The notes beneath the pieces were generated by a model. That model ran no database searches, had not been told where the DNA came from, and saw only the letters and a list, made by a program, of their open reading frames with translations. A stretch of 64,000 bases of DNA, from the NCBI GenBank assembly GCA_964252035.1, contig OZ176203.1; one strand, 5' to 3'. Position 1 is the stretch's first letter. Each line of letters starts with the position of its first letter. This DNA is from Podarcis erhardii (lineage: Eukaryota). The position numbers were made by a program, and so were the translations under genes. Below, piece after piece: positions 45,392 through 57,350 of the stretch.

Positions 45392-47740
45392 TGTGAGAAT
45401 CAACCTGTGAGAATTATTGGTTTGCACATTCGGACTCTTGCAAATTAAGAGGCTCACATAAAGTGTCTTGTTTTAGTGTTTCCCAAATCACAGAATCCTA
45501 TAAACATAGGACTGCTGGCATCACTTGACTTGCACATATATTTCTGCAAATGCTTCTGTAACAAACCTGTGCACTTCCATGCATTTCTCTTAACAACTTC
45601 TTAACACTGCTTTGCTACTATGTAATTATTTTTTTAAAAAGTTTCTACTTAACAATTGGCAGCAGAACTACTATGTTTAAAAAGTTGAACACTTAACTCT
45701 TCCACTATTTAAATCTGTAAGGGACTCACAACGGCATAGATCATTGTTTCAGTTGTGTTACTCAGGTACAGTGTTGACCAAATTATTATTTTGTTGCAAG
45801 CCCACCGTGAAAACAAGGTTGTTTACTGGTATCTGCATGCAACGTGACAACAGTATTAAGGGATTTAATCACATGTTCAATTTCCCAGGGTAGTTAGATG
45901 ACATAGTTGAATATGTTAAGAAGCCTTTTCTGAATGCTGTTTATAGTTCTATGTTTAAATCAAAGCACTGTAGCTCAAGCAGGATGTGACAAGCTACTGC
46001 TGTCAAATCAGTTTGCATTTAGAGGCTTTTTCAGTATTCCATGACTTTGCATGGCTATAGTTTTCCCGTTTATTTATTGACAAGTGTGTTAAATAACTCT
46101 TTAGCAGTTCTGCATAGAGGGAGATACATTTGTGTGGTCCTGATTTTTATGTAGCTGTGAGGAAGGCCACACCCCCCTTCATGATGATCTGTCAAGGGTG
46201 CAGATTTCATGCCCATGATGGAATGGGCTGAAACCAATGATGGAGGCAAAAGTATGCAGTGCCCCCGTCTTCTCTCTGCCACCCCACTTTCTCTGTGACA
46301 CCCCCTTTTCCTAGCTACCATCACGAAGCTAGACCAAGGGCAACATTTTCTCCCTGGATTATACACCTTAGATTATACACCTCTGTTTTAATGCATAATA
46401 ACTTATTTCTCGGGAGTAGTTGGTATATAGACAACTGTTTTATCATGCATGCATTGTACTTCATTGAAAACCATTTTAAAAGCATATAATTGAGAGAAGC
46501 GAGCTAAAAAAATTAAGCATGTAGATTCATATAGCAAATCTATCTAAGTTGCATAGCAGGAAATCTTCACCTCAGGATCAGTTTGTGGCGAGATTCTGTT
46601 TAATCTTTTAAGTTGACGAGTCTTAATCAGAGTTATGATTTGACTTCATAGGGTGGAGCTTTCCACTTAGGGCTAAAAATGCCACAAGAGTTAAGCTCTT
46701 ATCCATCTGTCTGTGCAGCTTCACATAGATGTTCCCCCTCTATGTACTTGCATTATAGCTATGGTTAACTGATGATGCTGTATTTTTAAGAATTAATAAG
46801 TGGGTGGAGTGGAAGATGAATGTGCCCTTTTTAACCTTGATGTTTGCCTCAGGGAAGCTTCTGCTTTCAGCTTCTGTCCTCATTAATTTGAATTACCTTA
46901 TTTTAGAGAACAGGATTTTGATGTGCTTCAGAAGAGTATAATCACTAGTTTAAATCTTGCGTTCAGCATTAATACATTTTTTTAAAAAAGTATTAAAGAT
47001 CTCACTCTATGTATTCATAAAAATACAGTATGGCAAGTGTAAAACAAAGAAACTTCCTAATGAGGTAAACAATGGTGTAGTAATTTGCTGCTGTATTCTC
47101 AATATGAAGATGGCAAGACAGGAAGTACATTATATGACATCCCCTGGCCTTTTGTGTTATAGTGAGTGCTATAAGTACAGAATACATCCATAATTTCCTA
47201 TGAATTTATTTTCAAACCAAGACTTTTGTCCTCCGTCTATTCCATCTATTTTAGGGTTTCCAAAAGTGGTTGATATTGACTCCCTGGGGACAGTGGGACT
47301 GGGCAGGGGATGAAATGGGGGTGGAGTGTTAAAAAGGGCAGGGGGTAAAAAAAGAAGTATACTGTGAAAATTTTAATTAGGAACTAAGAGCCTTGGAAAT
47401 AGAGGGCAAGGGCATGTACAAAAGGAACCTCTAATCTTCTATCTCATTAGGGAAGATGAAAAATACGGTATCATTATTTTCACTTGTTTTACCTCCATAT
47501 ATATGTGTATGTAAAACACGCACATTTTTATTGGTGATTGGTGATTAATAAATGTTGATTATAGATAGATGGATAGATAGATATTTCTTGACTATTTCAT
47601 GTACATTCCTAAGAATTTGGGTTGAGGTTGATGACAACTTTACAAGCTCAACAATGGGTCATTGAGTCTAAGAAGTTTGGGAAGCCAGAACTAGGCTTTA
47701 TTTCCGAGACATTGCTACAATCCAAGAAAAGAGATGGCAG

Positions 47741-47960
47741 TATTTATTTATTTTATTAAATTTTTATACCACCCTTCATCCAAAAATCACAGGGCAGTTT
47801 ACAGCATAAAAGTAAAAAATGTAAATACAAAAGAGGTTAACATAATAAAAACAAGCAAACAGAAAAACCAAAAGAACAATTCCACAAACACATTTAAGAG
47901 TCCATAGATTGTTTAATCAGTCAAAGGCCTGATTATGGAGGAACGTTTTCTGCCTGATGC
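47741..47960 (-). mobile_element. L2 3' end fragment
   Basis: Reverse complement of the same terminus type as 20760-20886 (ATACCACCCTTCATCCAAAAATCACAGGGCAGTTTACA). Confidence 0.7.
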
Positions 47961-48692
47961 CAGAGCTGGGTGCTGAATCATTTAATGTGATCAGGTTTCT
48001 GCACAGAGCAGCTTGTCTGTGGTTCCACTTGAAACCGCCACTACATTGCTATTTGTATGAATCAGGGTTTACTCTACTCATAACTAGGAAACATACCTCA
48101 TTGTGATATGGACTCTCAAGTGCTTTTAAATTAGAATGCTTAGATCTTGCCTGCTTTGCTCCTAGTTTGGTTTTGTACCTCTTCAACTGATAACCTTATC
48201 CCTGGTATTAAGTGCTCTGTAGACAGCTAGCTTTTTTCAAATGGAATGCATCTCACTTCAGAAGCATGCCTCTTGAGTTTCTTAGCTAGCAAAAGAGAGT
48301 CATAGGCTGCTCTGTGTTTATAACAGTGTGCTGCTCATCCACTCGAATGCTTGCTAACTAAATCCAACTGCAGATTTTCTTTGTCTCTCTGTGTGTCTTT
48401 TTAATGCTGGTGTACAGAAGCTGTTCCATCTGTTCCTCCTTAAATTAATTGGATTTGTTGAGAGAATTGTCAAGAAAATGAAAAATAACCAAGGGATATT
48501 GCTCTGCAAGTGATACTTAGGGTGGATATCCAATCTATGGGCAATATATGTTTGACATAGAAAATAATAGTCTGAGGACTGTGAAGAGAGTTATGGCAGC
48601 TTGGCTCCCCAAATGCATTGTTCAGCTGCCACTAGAGCCAGACCATAGCAGCTCAGTGAGGAATTAACATCTGGCTGTTAGCCCATCTTGCA

Positions 48693-48880
48693 GCAATAAG
48701 AGCATAGGAGCCTTCTGGATTAGCCACTGGTCCATCTAGTCCAACATCCTTTCCTCGCAACAGCCAACCAGATTTCTGTGTGAAGCTCACAAGCAGCACC
48801 TGAGCTCAGCAGCATACTTTCCACTGGTGGTTCCCAGCAGCTCATATTCAGAGACATGCTGCCTCCAACAGGGGAGGTAT
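48693..48880 (-). mobile_element. CR1-related 3' end fragment
   Basis: GGTCCATCTAGTCCAACATCC..CAGCCAACCAG motif shared with 29865-29985 and 57150-57350. Confidence 0.55.
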
Positions 48881-50030
48881 TTCCAGGCTGCTGAGTGGCT
48901 GTTGGACTGGGAGGAAAGCTTTTACATGCATTTGCCCTGCATTACCAACAGTTGTGCTACTAGCTGTTTCATTGTGTTTTAGATATTTTGTAAGCTGCTG
49001 CAAGGACCTCAGTTAACAAGAAGGGTATAAATATTCAAATGCACAATGTCTTGCAATGCTTTTTTTCATTTTCATCAGACTCCACAAAATGCTTAATTAT
49101 ATAAAATATATGCAATGTGCAACTTTACTCTGAGCAGCAATTTCTAGAGTGAGGGAGAAAACATAAATGGTTGCATTTAGCTCTTCTCATTTCCGATCCC
49201 TCCCTGCTGCTACAACACTCCTTCCCGTACAGAAAGAGGAACACAGATTTTTGTGCAGACAAAGCCACCCTGTGTGCTTGTCAGCATGCTGATAACTAGC
49301 CTGACCAGAGAGAAAGTTAAAAAGCACTTCAGGTACCTCTTCTTAGTATGAACAGCAAGCAAGAGAAATATGGTTATATACATTCTAGCTATTATAGAGG
49401 TCTATTGCTCACAAACCCAGCATTTAAAATGCCCCAACATCTCCAAGGAGGACTAGGAATATGTCCTGTCAAAAACCCTGGAGAGCTGCTACCAATAAGT
49501 GTAAATTGGGGGTATAGCCAACTTAATCCTTTCCAGATGTTTTGGACTATATCGGCCCCAGTCAGTACAGCCAATAACATGGGTGATGGGAGTTATAGTC
49601 CACAACATCTGATGGTCTACTTGTCTACTCCTGATGTGGATGCACCAGTGTTCCAACTTGGTATACGGTAGCTTCTTAGGTATCTGATATGCTCACATCC
49701 ATTCACAAACCCAAAGCCTAGGGAAGGGCAGTGGGCAGTAGAGGTATCTGAAGGAAGGGCTGTAGCCACTGTTGATGGATGAAGGGGGTAAAGAGTTCTT
49801 TGCCTTGATTTCTGTAGATGTGAGGGAGTAGGTGGAGCTGACTGTTTAGCCTGTTCCCTGTTAAAATTGTCATGAAGTATTTAGGATTAGAAGGGCCAAA
49901 GCTATGAAGGAATATATAATGCCTACCACTTGCTTTTATATTGATTTCTTGCATTTGTACATATCCTTATACATCTTAACTGCAAGATAATGTTCTTTGC
50001 AACTGACACATTTTGCTCTTTTATTTTCAG

Positions 50031-50199
50031 GGACAGGTACTTTTGGGCGGGTTCATTTGGTGAAAGAGAAATCAGCCAAATGCTACTTTGCATTGAAAGT
50101 AATGAGCATTCCAGATGTCATTCGACTAAAACAAGAACAGCATGTGCACAATGAAAAAGCGGTCTTGAAAGAAGTGAATCATCCATTTCTGATCAGATT
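50031..50199 (+). CDS. PRKX: PRKX coding exon 2 (169 nt; G-loop GTGTFGRV, ALK catalytic Lys, alphaC)
   Basis: Acceptor TTTTCAG at 50024-50030, donor GTAAGC at 50200. GTGTFGRVHLVKEKSAKCYFALKVMSIPDVIRLKQEQHVHNEKAVLKEVNHPFLIRL is the PRKX-type sequence. Confidence 0.97.
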
Positions 50200-52931
50200 G
50201 TAAGCTCTCTTCTCTCCCATTCCACCCCCCCCCCCTTTTATAGCTTTTGTGGCATAATGTTCAATTCTAGCATTCGATCTCTCGTCAGTTTGGATTAATT
50301 CAAAGTCTTTTGGGTGGCAAATGCTACACTTGTTTTATCCTTCTTTTGAAGAAATACTTTAAACAATATTGTGTTCATATTTTTTAAAGGGGGGGAAATA
50401 ATCTAGAAAAGCTAGGAAACAAAATGTGTTACAGAAAATGTATTTGATGGAGAACTGCTCCTTGGAACATACACAACATGATGTAGTAGTCGTGGCTGCC
50501 TGTTGTGTGTTTGATTCCACTTCAGAATGTTCCATTGTCTTTTTACTAAGGCGCAGGTGTTCACAAACTGCACTAACAGCTGTCGTGGTTAAGCAAGCAA
50601 GCAAACAAAAACTATAGTAAGGGGGAAATATGCCATAGGTGGTGACATATTAATGGAAGCTGCCACCCTTCAAATTAGGGTGATTCCTATAGCTATTAAC
50701 GATGTAGTCATGTATGCTAATTATTCAAATACGTCTACTACTACAGTGTTCCAGAGAACCCTCAACCTTCTTGAACATATTTTGGGGTGGGGTGGGGGGT
50801 GAACAGAGTGCTGCAGAAAGAAGGGGGAATCAGTGCATTCTAGGCAGAATTTTATTCATCTCTCACTGTCTTTGATGCATCTCTGACAAATCATAAGCTA
50901 ATTTTTGGTCATGCATCCCTATGTTCTTTCATGTGTTTAATAGAACAACCTAAGAGTTGTTGATAGCCTTCATTGGCAAAGAAAGGACTTTGGTTCTACC
51001 CTGACCCCAGAGGAAATGTGGCAGCAGTCCATGGAGGACTTTAATATTGACCATTGCACTTGCTGGTGGTACAGTGGATTTAACATGCCACTCTGTTTCC
51101 CTGCGTTTGAAAACTTCATGAAATCTGATCCCTGTGCATATGCTTCATTGCTTGTTTTGAATATCTTGTGGTAAAAGGTGGAGTAATGCACGCCACCGGA
51201 AATGTCAGCATTTCACTGAAAACTGATAGGAACAGAAGGGGTGTGGGTACGTATTGCAAAAGTAATTTCGACATAGCAAGATTGCTTCCTGATAAGGCAA
51301 AGGGGAGGAAGAGAATACAAAGCAAACCCAGTTAAAATGAAAAGTCCTGTCCAGTGTTCAAGTAAAGGCTCCCAAGTTAATTAAACCAGGGGGAAATGAA
51401 CGCATTAATTCTGAGCTCACCACGACTAGTTTTTCATGACAACCTGTTAAGCAATTATGGGTGAAAGAGTTTTGAAAGAGGTAGAGTGGCAAGAGAAAAC
51501 ATAAAGCAGAGAAGCACCTGATGACTGAAGAGTTATAGGATTGTTTCTAGTGGACAGCTTTGTGCCAGCAGAAAGCACATCCACTAGGAACCTCAAGCAA
51601 ACAGAACTCATACCAGATGGTGCATCCTGTTTTTACTCATTCCCTTTACCCATTATAGCTGCTGCACCCCTGAAAAACTGTTCCTGAAGATTGGGAGACC
51701 CTCAAACAACAGACTATGGTAGAGCACAAAGCGCTACCATAGGTAGGTAGGACCAGCAAAAAAAGTTGTGTCCTACCTTGCGCTTTATGCTAGCCAAAAG
51801 CGGATATAACCTGTATCGGGTGCACTGAACCTGTATCTGCTTGCTTTCTCTCACCTCCCAGTATATAGCTTTTTATTTACATGTCAATAAGTTTCCCAGG
51901 TTAAACAGCAGCAAGGATGAAAATTACTCCTTAATTAACAAAGTATAGAAATTCCTCCGGCCAGAAAAATAAAAATAAATGATCTTTTCTCAATGCAATC
52001 TACTACTAATAATAATCCATTTCCAAGTGTTTGCATAAAGCCTTACAAAACAAATTTCGAGATGGCTCACACAAGAAGAATAAAAGCAAATCTAAAAACA
52101 GATACAGTAAAACAGTTTGATAGACTAATGTATATAAGCAACATAAAAACAAGTCACAAATAAAAAAAATACAATTTAGATCTAGAGCAGATTATAATGA
52201 AATGTTAGAGGAAAGAAATGTGCATTGTCTGGGTGTTGTGACTGAAATGCCCCTTCTGCGGTAGCTGCTGCTTTTGCTGCTGCTGCTGCTGCTGCTGCTG
52301 TTACTGTTTTGTTTTTACTTTTACTTTTACTTTACTTTTATATGCCATTTATTTGCCAAAATGGCTTAAAAGCAGTATACAACTACATGATCAATTGCTT
52401 GGCAATGACACCTGAAGAATGGCCTCAAAATTCCTTAGCAGTCTGTTACTTTTATGTCTTTCCCCTGTTTATACTGGTGGTGGCACTTCATTTGTGATGC
52501 CAAAATGCACAGCCGATTAACCCATAGCTGTAATTCAATCCTGTCTAAACCAACTGAGAATATTCACAGAGCTGCCATGTGTCACGTTTCCCCCCAAATC
52601 CCCCAACTGCTTTTTGCTGTGGTGCTGTGGAGCTTCTCTTCCATTTTGAGCTATGATGCCTCTATCAACCCACAGGAGCTCCATGAGTCAATTGAGGTCT
52701 AGTGTCGGGACCTCCACAAATGCCGAAAATATCTTGAGGGGTTTCAGGCCTTGGGTGGCAGAACAGTTTCTCATGACCACACTGCTGAGCTTGTGCTTCA
52801 CTACATCTTCTGTTTTGAATATTGGAAATTCTTCATTCATATTTCAAACCCTTAAAAAACAAATCATTTTATGCTTTTCTGACAAGTTGTTCTCTTAGTA
52901 TTTTTTAAAACACGTATCTCTTTCATTGCAG

Positions 52932-53195
52932 ATTTTGGACTTACCATGATGAACGCTTTCTATATATGCTGATGGAATATGTACCTGGGGGTGAACTTTT
53001 TAGTTATCTGCGCAACATGGGACGCTTTAATAACAGCACTGGACTGTTTTACTCTGCAGAGATTATTTGTGCAATAGAATATCTTCACTCAAAAGAAATT
53101 GTTTACAGAGACTTAAAGCCTGAAAATATTTTATTAGACAAAGAGGGGCATATAAAACTCACCGATTTTGGATTTGCTAAAAAGCTGGTTGATAG
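52932..53195 (+). CDS. PRKX: PRKX coding exon 3 (264 nt; YRDLKPEN catalytic loop, DFG)
   Basis: Acceptor TTGCAG ending at 52931, donor GTAAGC at 53196. [27 protein letters not shown]...[12 protein letters not shown]...[10 protein letters not shown]. Phase 2/2. Confidence 0.97.
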
Positions 53196-55648
53196 GTAAG
53201 CTCTTTTTTTGACTGAAATTTTATTTTACTTTATTATTTTTGGGGGGTATGCAAGTATGGTGGGAAGAGGACAGAGAATGAAATTTTGAACATGACTAGC
53301 GCTATCAACCATGATTAACATTTTCAGTTTTTAGTCTGTTTGGTTAACTGCTATACATACATGCAACATGCATTAAAACATATGTATTTATATTTATTAA
53401 GAAGGTTTCACATAGCCTGCGAAAGATGACAAAGTAGGCTCCAACAGACCTTCTGCGGCAGAGCATTCAATAATCAAGGTACCACTAGATTAACATGTCT
53501 TGCAAATCCTCAGAGATTTTCTTAACTTTATATTTTTAAAAAATAAATAATTTATATACTACACTTTCTGCTAAAGGAGCCGAGGTTAGTAAGCACATCT
53601 GTGATACAACAATTAAAATTAAAATGTATTTAAAAACATAAACATCTAAAAGCAATAAGCACAGTAAATCATTAGATGGATGAGATATTATTATTATTAT
53701 TATTAATCACATTTAAAGTTTTCTAGGCTTCCCTTCAAGTTCACATATCTTACCTGGCAATAGGATCTTTCCCTACAATGTTAAAGAACTGTTGGCTCTC
53801 AGGGTACATATTACTGTATTAAATAGAGCACTGGTTAGATTTAAGATGTTGATATAAACTGGTACCTTCTCCTCATGTTGTGGAAATCATGCCTTGGTTC
53901 TTGTTGTTATTATTTATTATTACTATTTTTTATTCCTGAAATCCAAAAATACTTCTATCCCCATCTAAAAACTTCTAATGCACAAGCCAAATATATTTGT
54001 ATGTATATGAAAACAGCAATTATTGTAATTTGTGAGTGAATAAGTAGTAGTTTTGAACAAATGATGAGGGAATATGAAAGGGAGACAAAAGAGACTGCAG
54101 TTCAAAAACAGTGTAAGTATACACAAGATAGGTAGCTGTTTCATTTTGTGCTTACAACTCACCCCCACCACTGTTTTATGTAACAGGGAAACATATGAAT
54201 ATCTGTACTGCCTTCTGTAAATATCCACTCAGTATAAATACCCCTCTTGTGAAGGTTATTCTGAGACCCATGTGTGTGTGCAATCGCCACACTGTCCAGC
54301 TCACCTTTTGTGAGCACATGTGCTTTAATGTATACTTTCCCTTCACCCTAAAAATCTGTAGAAGAGCAGAAGCTCTCCCTGATCTCCAAAATTAGTATGA
54401 GAGACTTGAAAAAACAGCAAAATGAATTGCTGTCTCCCAAACCCCTCTAAGCCTTCCTCTCCAGGTCAAGGTTGGAGGAAGGGGTGATGAGCTTCCCCTC
54501 ACAATCATGTTGGGTCACAAATGTCTCAGATGCTTAGAGGAACATTGCAGAAGACCAGCAGCTGTCTACCCATCCTTGGTGAGAAAAATACAACTTTGCT
54601 CTCCATCCATTAACTTCTATGGATGCAGGTTAAAAATATTAATTGACCAACAATTATTGCTAAAGCTTAGTGAAATTGGCTCACTTAATTTAATACCTTA
54701 AATATGCAGTCCTACCAAAGCTACACATTTTTCAGCCTTGCTTCTTTCCCTGCTACTGAAATCAGACAGTGTAAAGTGCTTTTTCTTATTCGTATTCTGG
54801 ATAAGGCAGTGTGCATATGATTCCAGGTTATCTCCTATCCAGACAGTACGGTGCATATATTTGGCAGTAGCTTGTCCTAAAAACATGACATGAAATCTAG
54901 ATGTTTGAAATCTAGATGTTTTTCAGTCTGATTCGTTAGGCAAAAAAATGATATCTAGCTCTTTAAATTTTTAACTAGCATTCTTTTTTATGGAGGAATG
55001 ATTGGTATTGCAATGCTAAGCTAGATGGAATGAGAAAGAAAAAGGTTTACATACTGCAAATTACTGACAATCTTTTGGAGTTATTTGGGAAATATATGTT
55101 GCAACAGAGTGGTTTGATCTGTGTTCTCTTGTTTGTTTGCATCTCTGAAGTTGGCCTTGCAACTGCAGAGAGTTTTAATGTTTGTTTTTAACTTTGTGCA
55201 GAAGTCACAACTTGTCGTCAGCTTCCTGGAATGTTTGCATTCGGATTTTCAAAGTATTTTGTATAAGCATGGAAAAAAATTGCTCTGTCTTCCATAGAAA
55301 GTTGTGTAGGTGCTGGTTACAATATTACTTTTAGAAGTGATGAGCAGATTATGCCTTCATTAGGAAGTCAATTTTACTGTTGAATCCAATGCATACTGAA
55401 CAAGGCTTGTAAAATATCATCAGGTTGCAGGTAGCCAGATTGTGAGTCAACTTGTACTCCAGAAATAAATGAAGATTGCCTCTGTATCCTAATGAGGAGG
55501 CAGCAAGCCTTCGTTAGATAGATATTTTTTAAAGTAAAATACTATACAGGTATTAATCTATACCCAGTTACATTTGAGGACAAGCATTGCTTACAAAAGG
55601 TCTGGTTAGAGATAGAGGATATGAAGCTGTTGGCTGTGATCCACCCAG

Positions 55649-56452
55649 GAGGGGATGAGTCCGCCTATCGGGACGAGGTGGAGCGGCTCTGTGTTTGGTG
55701 TGGAGAGAACAATCTGGCTCTTAATACAGCTAAGACCAAGGAATTGGTGGTGGATTACAGGACAAAAAAGGCGGTCATTCAGCCCTTGTATATCAACGGG
55801 GAACGGGTGGAGAGGGTGGCGGAATTCAGGTTTTTGGGAGTGACTATCGATCAGGGCATGACTTGGAGCGCAAATACCACTGCTCTGGTGAAGAAGGCTC
55901 AGCAGAGAATTTATTTCCTCAGACTTTTAAAGAAGAACAATCTGAGTGAGAAACTGCTGGTGTCCTTCTACCGAGGCTCCATAGAGAGCATTCTCACATA
56001 CTGTATTTGTGCTTGGTTCTCCAGTTGTACAGCTAGGGAGAAGAAGGTGCTCCAGAAGGTCATAACCACAGCCCAAAGGATTATTGGTCATCCTCTCCCA
56101 TCTTTGGAAGAACTGTACGGTTCCCGTTGTCTTAGGAAAGCAAACAACATCATGCAGGATTCATCTCACCCGGGATACAGTCTGTTTGCACTACTGCCTT
56201 CTGGCAGGAGATATAGAAACATCAAGTCAAGGACAAATAGACTGAAAAATAGTTTCTATCCAAGAGCTGTGGCCTTTTTGAATGCTGTAACTCGATAGTG
56301 TGACCTGGAAGTTTGATGGGTGTGGGTGTGGGTGTGGCTGGAATGTGGTTTGTTTGGTTGTTGTTGCTGTTTTGCTTTTGTTGTTTTTTTAAGGGATGGC
56401 ATCCAATTTCGTTGCACTGTGCAATGTTGCACTTGTGTAATGACAATAAAGA

Positions 56453-56499
<47 letters not shown>
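55649..56499 (+). mobile_element. 5'-truncated Rex1/Babar-clade LINE with (CTAT)n tail
   Basis: Stop-free frame GGDESAYRDEVERL...KKAQQRIYFLR...YRGSIESIL...LLPSGRRYR...NSFYPRAV to the stop at 56298, which is the post-YADD part of the Rex1 RT. 3' end ACAATAAAGAATCTATCTATC. Flanked by a 42-bp direct repeat (55607-55648, 56500-56541). Confidence 0.9.

Positions 56500-56500
<1 letters not shown>
56452..56500. repeat. (ATCT)n tail of the Rex1 element
   Basis: Direct reading. Confidence 0.9.
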
Positions 56501-56501
<1 letters not shown>

Positions 56502-56699
56502 GAGATAGAGGATATGAAGCTGTTGGCTGTGATCCACCCAGAGTCGAGCATTTATAACCCCCCCCCCCCCGGTAAGAGTTAAGTGCATTCTTTAATCAAT
56601 GGGATTGACACGGGCTTAATGTTTGGCTGGATCACAGCATTTGTGGGATGTTGGCAATGCATGTATGCTCCTCAGTATTAACCACATTCAAAATGTAAA

Positions 56700-56936
56700 T
56701 ACAGCAGTACCTCGGTTTACAAACTTAATCCATTCTAGGAGTCCGTTCCTAAACCGAAACAGTTCTTAAACCAAGATGTGCTTTCCCATATGAGGCCTCC
56801 TGCCCCCCGGTGGCCTTCCACCATTTGGATTCTGCTCTTAGACCGAGGAAAAGTTCTCAAACTGGGACACTATTTCTGAGTTTGTAGACCAATTCATTCT
56901 TAAACTGGACTCTTCTTAAACCGAGGTACCACTGTA
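56700..56936. mobile_element. Tc1/mariner-type MITE related to family A (divergent interior)
   Basis: TA TSD. TIRs CAGCAGTACCTCGGTTTA / TAAACCGAGGTACCACTG (16/18). Confidence 0.85.
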
Positions 56937-57149
56937 GTCCATAACTCCCCATCCCATACTCTATAAGGTGTTTTGTCTCCCATGTATCATCAGTGAGCTT
57001 AGAAGTATACCATCTGACAAGGGAAGATCTAAAGTAAGATACTGGGTGTTTAAGTTTACTTGCAAGTTCAGTTCTTCCAGAAGGTGAATATTACAGGCAT
57101 ACTTACCTAAAAGGCAGACTGCCCACCATTACTGGTCCTCTTCAGCTTC

Positions 57150-57350
57150 ATGAGGCTGCTGGAGAGAACTCTTATAAGACTACCCTGTCCTCACAGTGGC
57201 CAGCCACATGCTTATGGAAAGCACAATAGGAGAACCAGAGTTCAGTAGTACTTATGATTCCCAGAAACTGGTATTCAAAGGCATCCTTCATCCAACAGTG
57301 AAGGTGGAACATAGCCGCCATGGCTAGTAGCTTTTGAAAACCTTGTTTAT
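57150..57350 (-). mobile_element. CR1-related 3' end fragment
   Basis: CCTGTCCTCACAGTGGCCAGCCA...CTGGTATTCA...CATGGCTAGTAGC motif, similar to 48693-48880. Confidence 0.5.

Noticed and set aside
49997-50030. ORF-track start upstream of exon 2 (MQLTHFALLFS)
   Set aside because: This is the intronic branch and polypyrimidine region before the AG at 50029-50030. The same applies to treating the internal Met at 52966 as a start.
10684-51525. Other CTGATGA heptamers (e.g. about 10684, 27421, 29642, 35818, 37273, 51519) as hammerheads
   Set aside because: None is followed by a stem II hairpin, GAAA and a stem I partner.
51713-51741. Hairpin CTATGGTAGAGC-ACAAA-GCGCTACCATAG as a microRNA or terminator
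   Set aside because: The stem is too short for a pre-miRNA, and such short inverted repeats are common in decayed MITEs.
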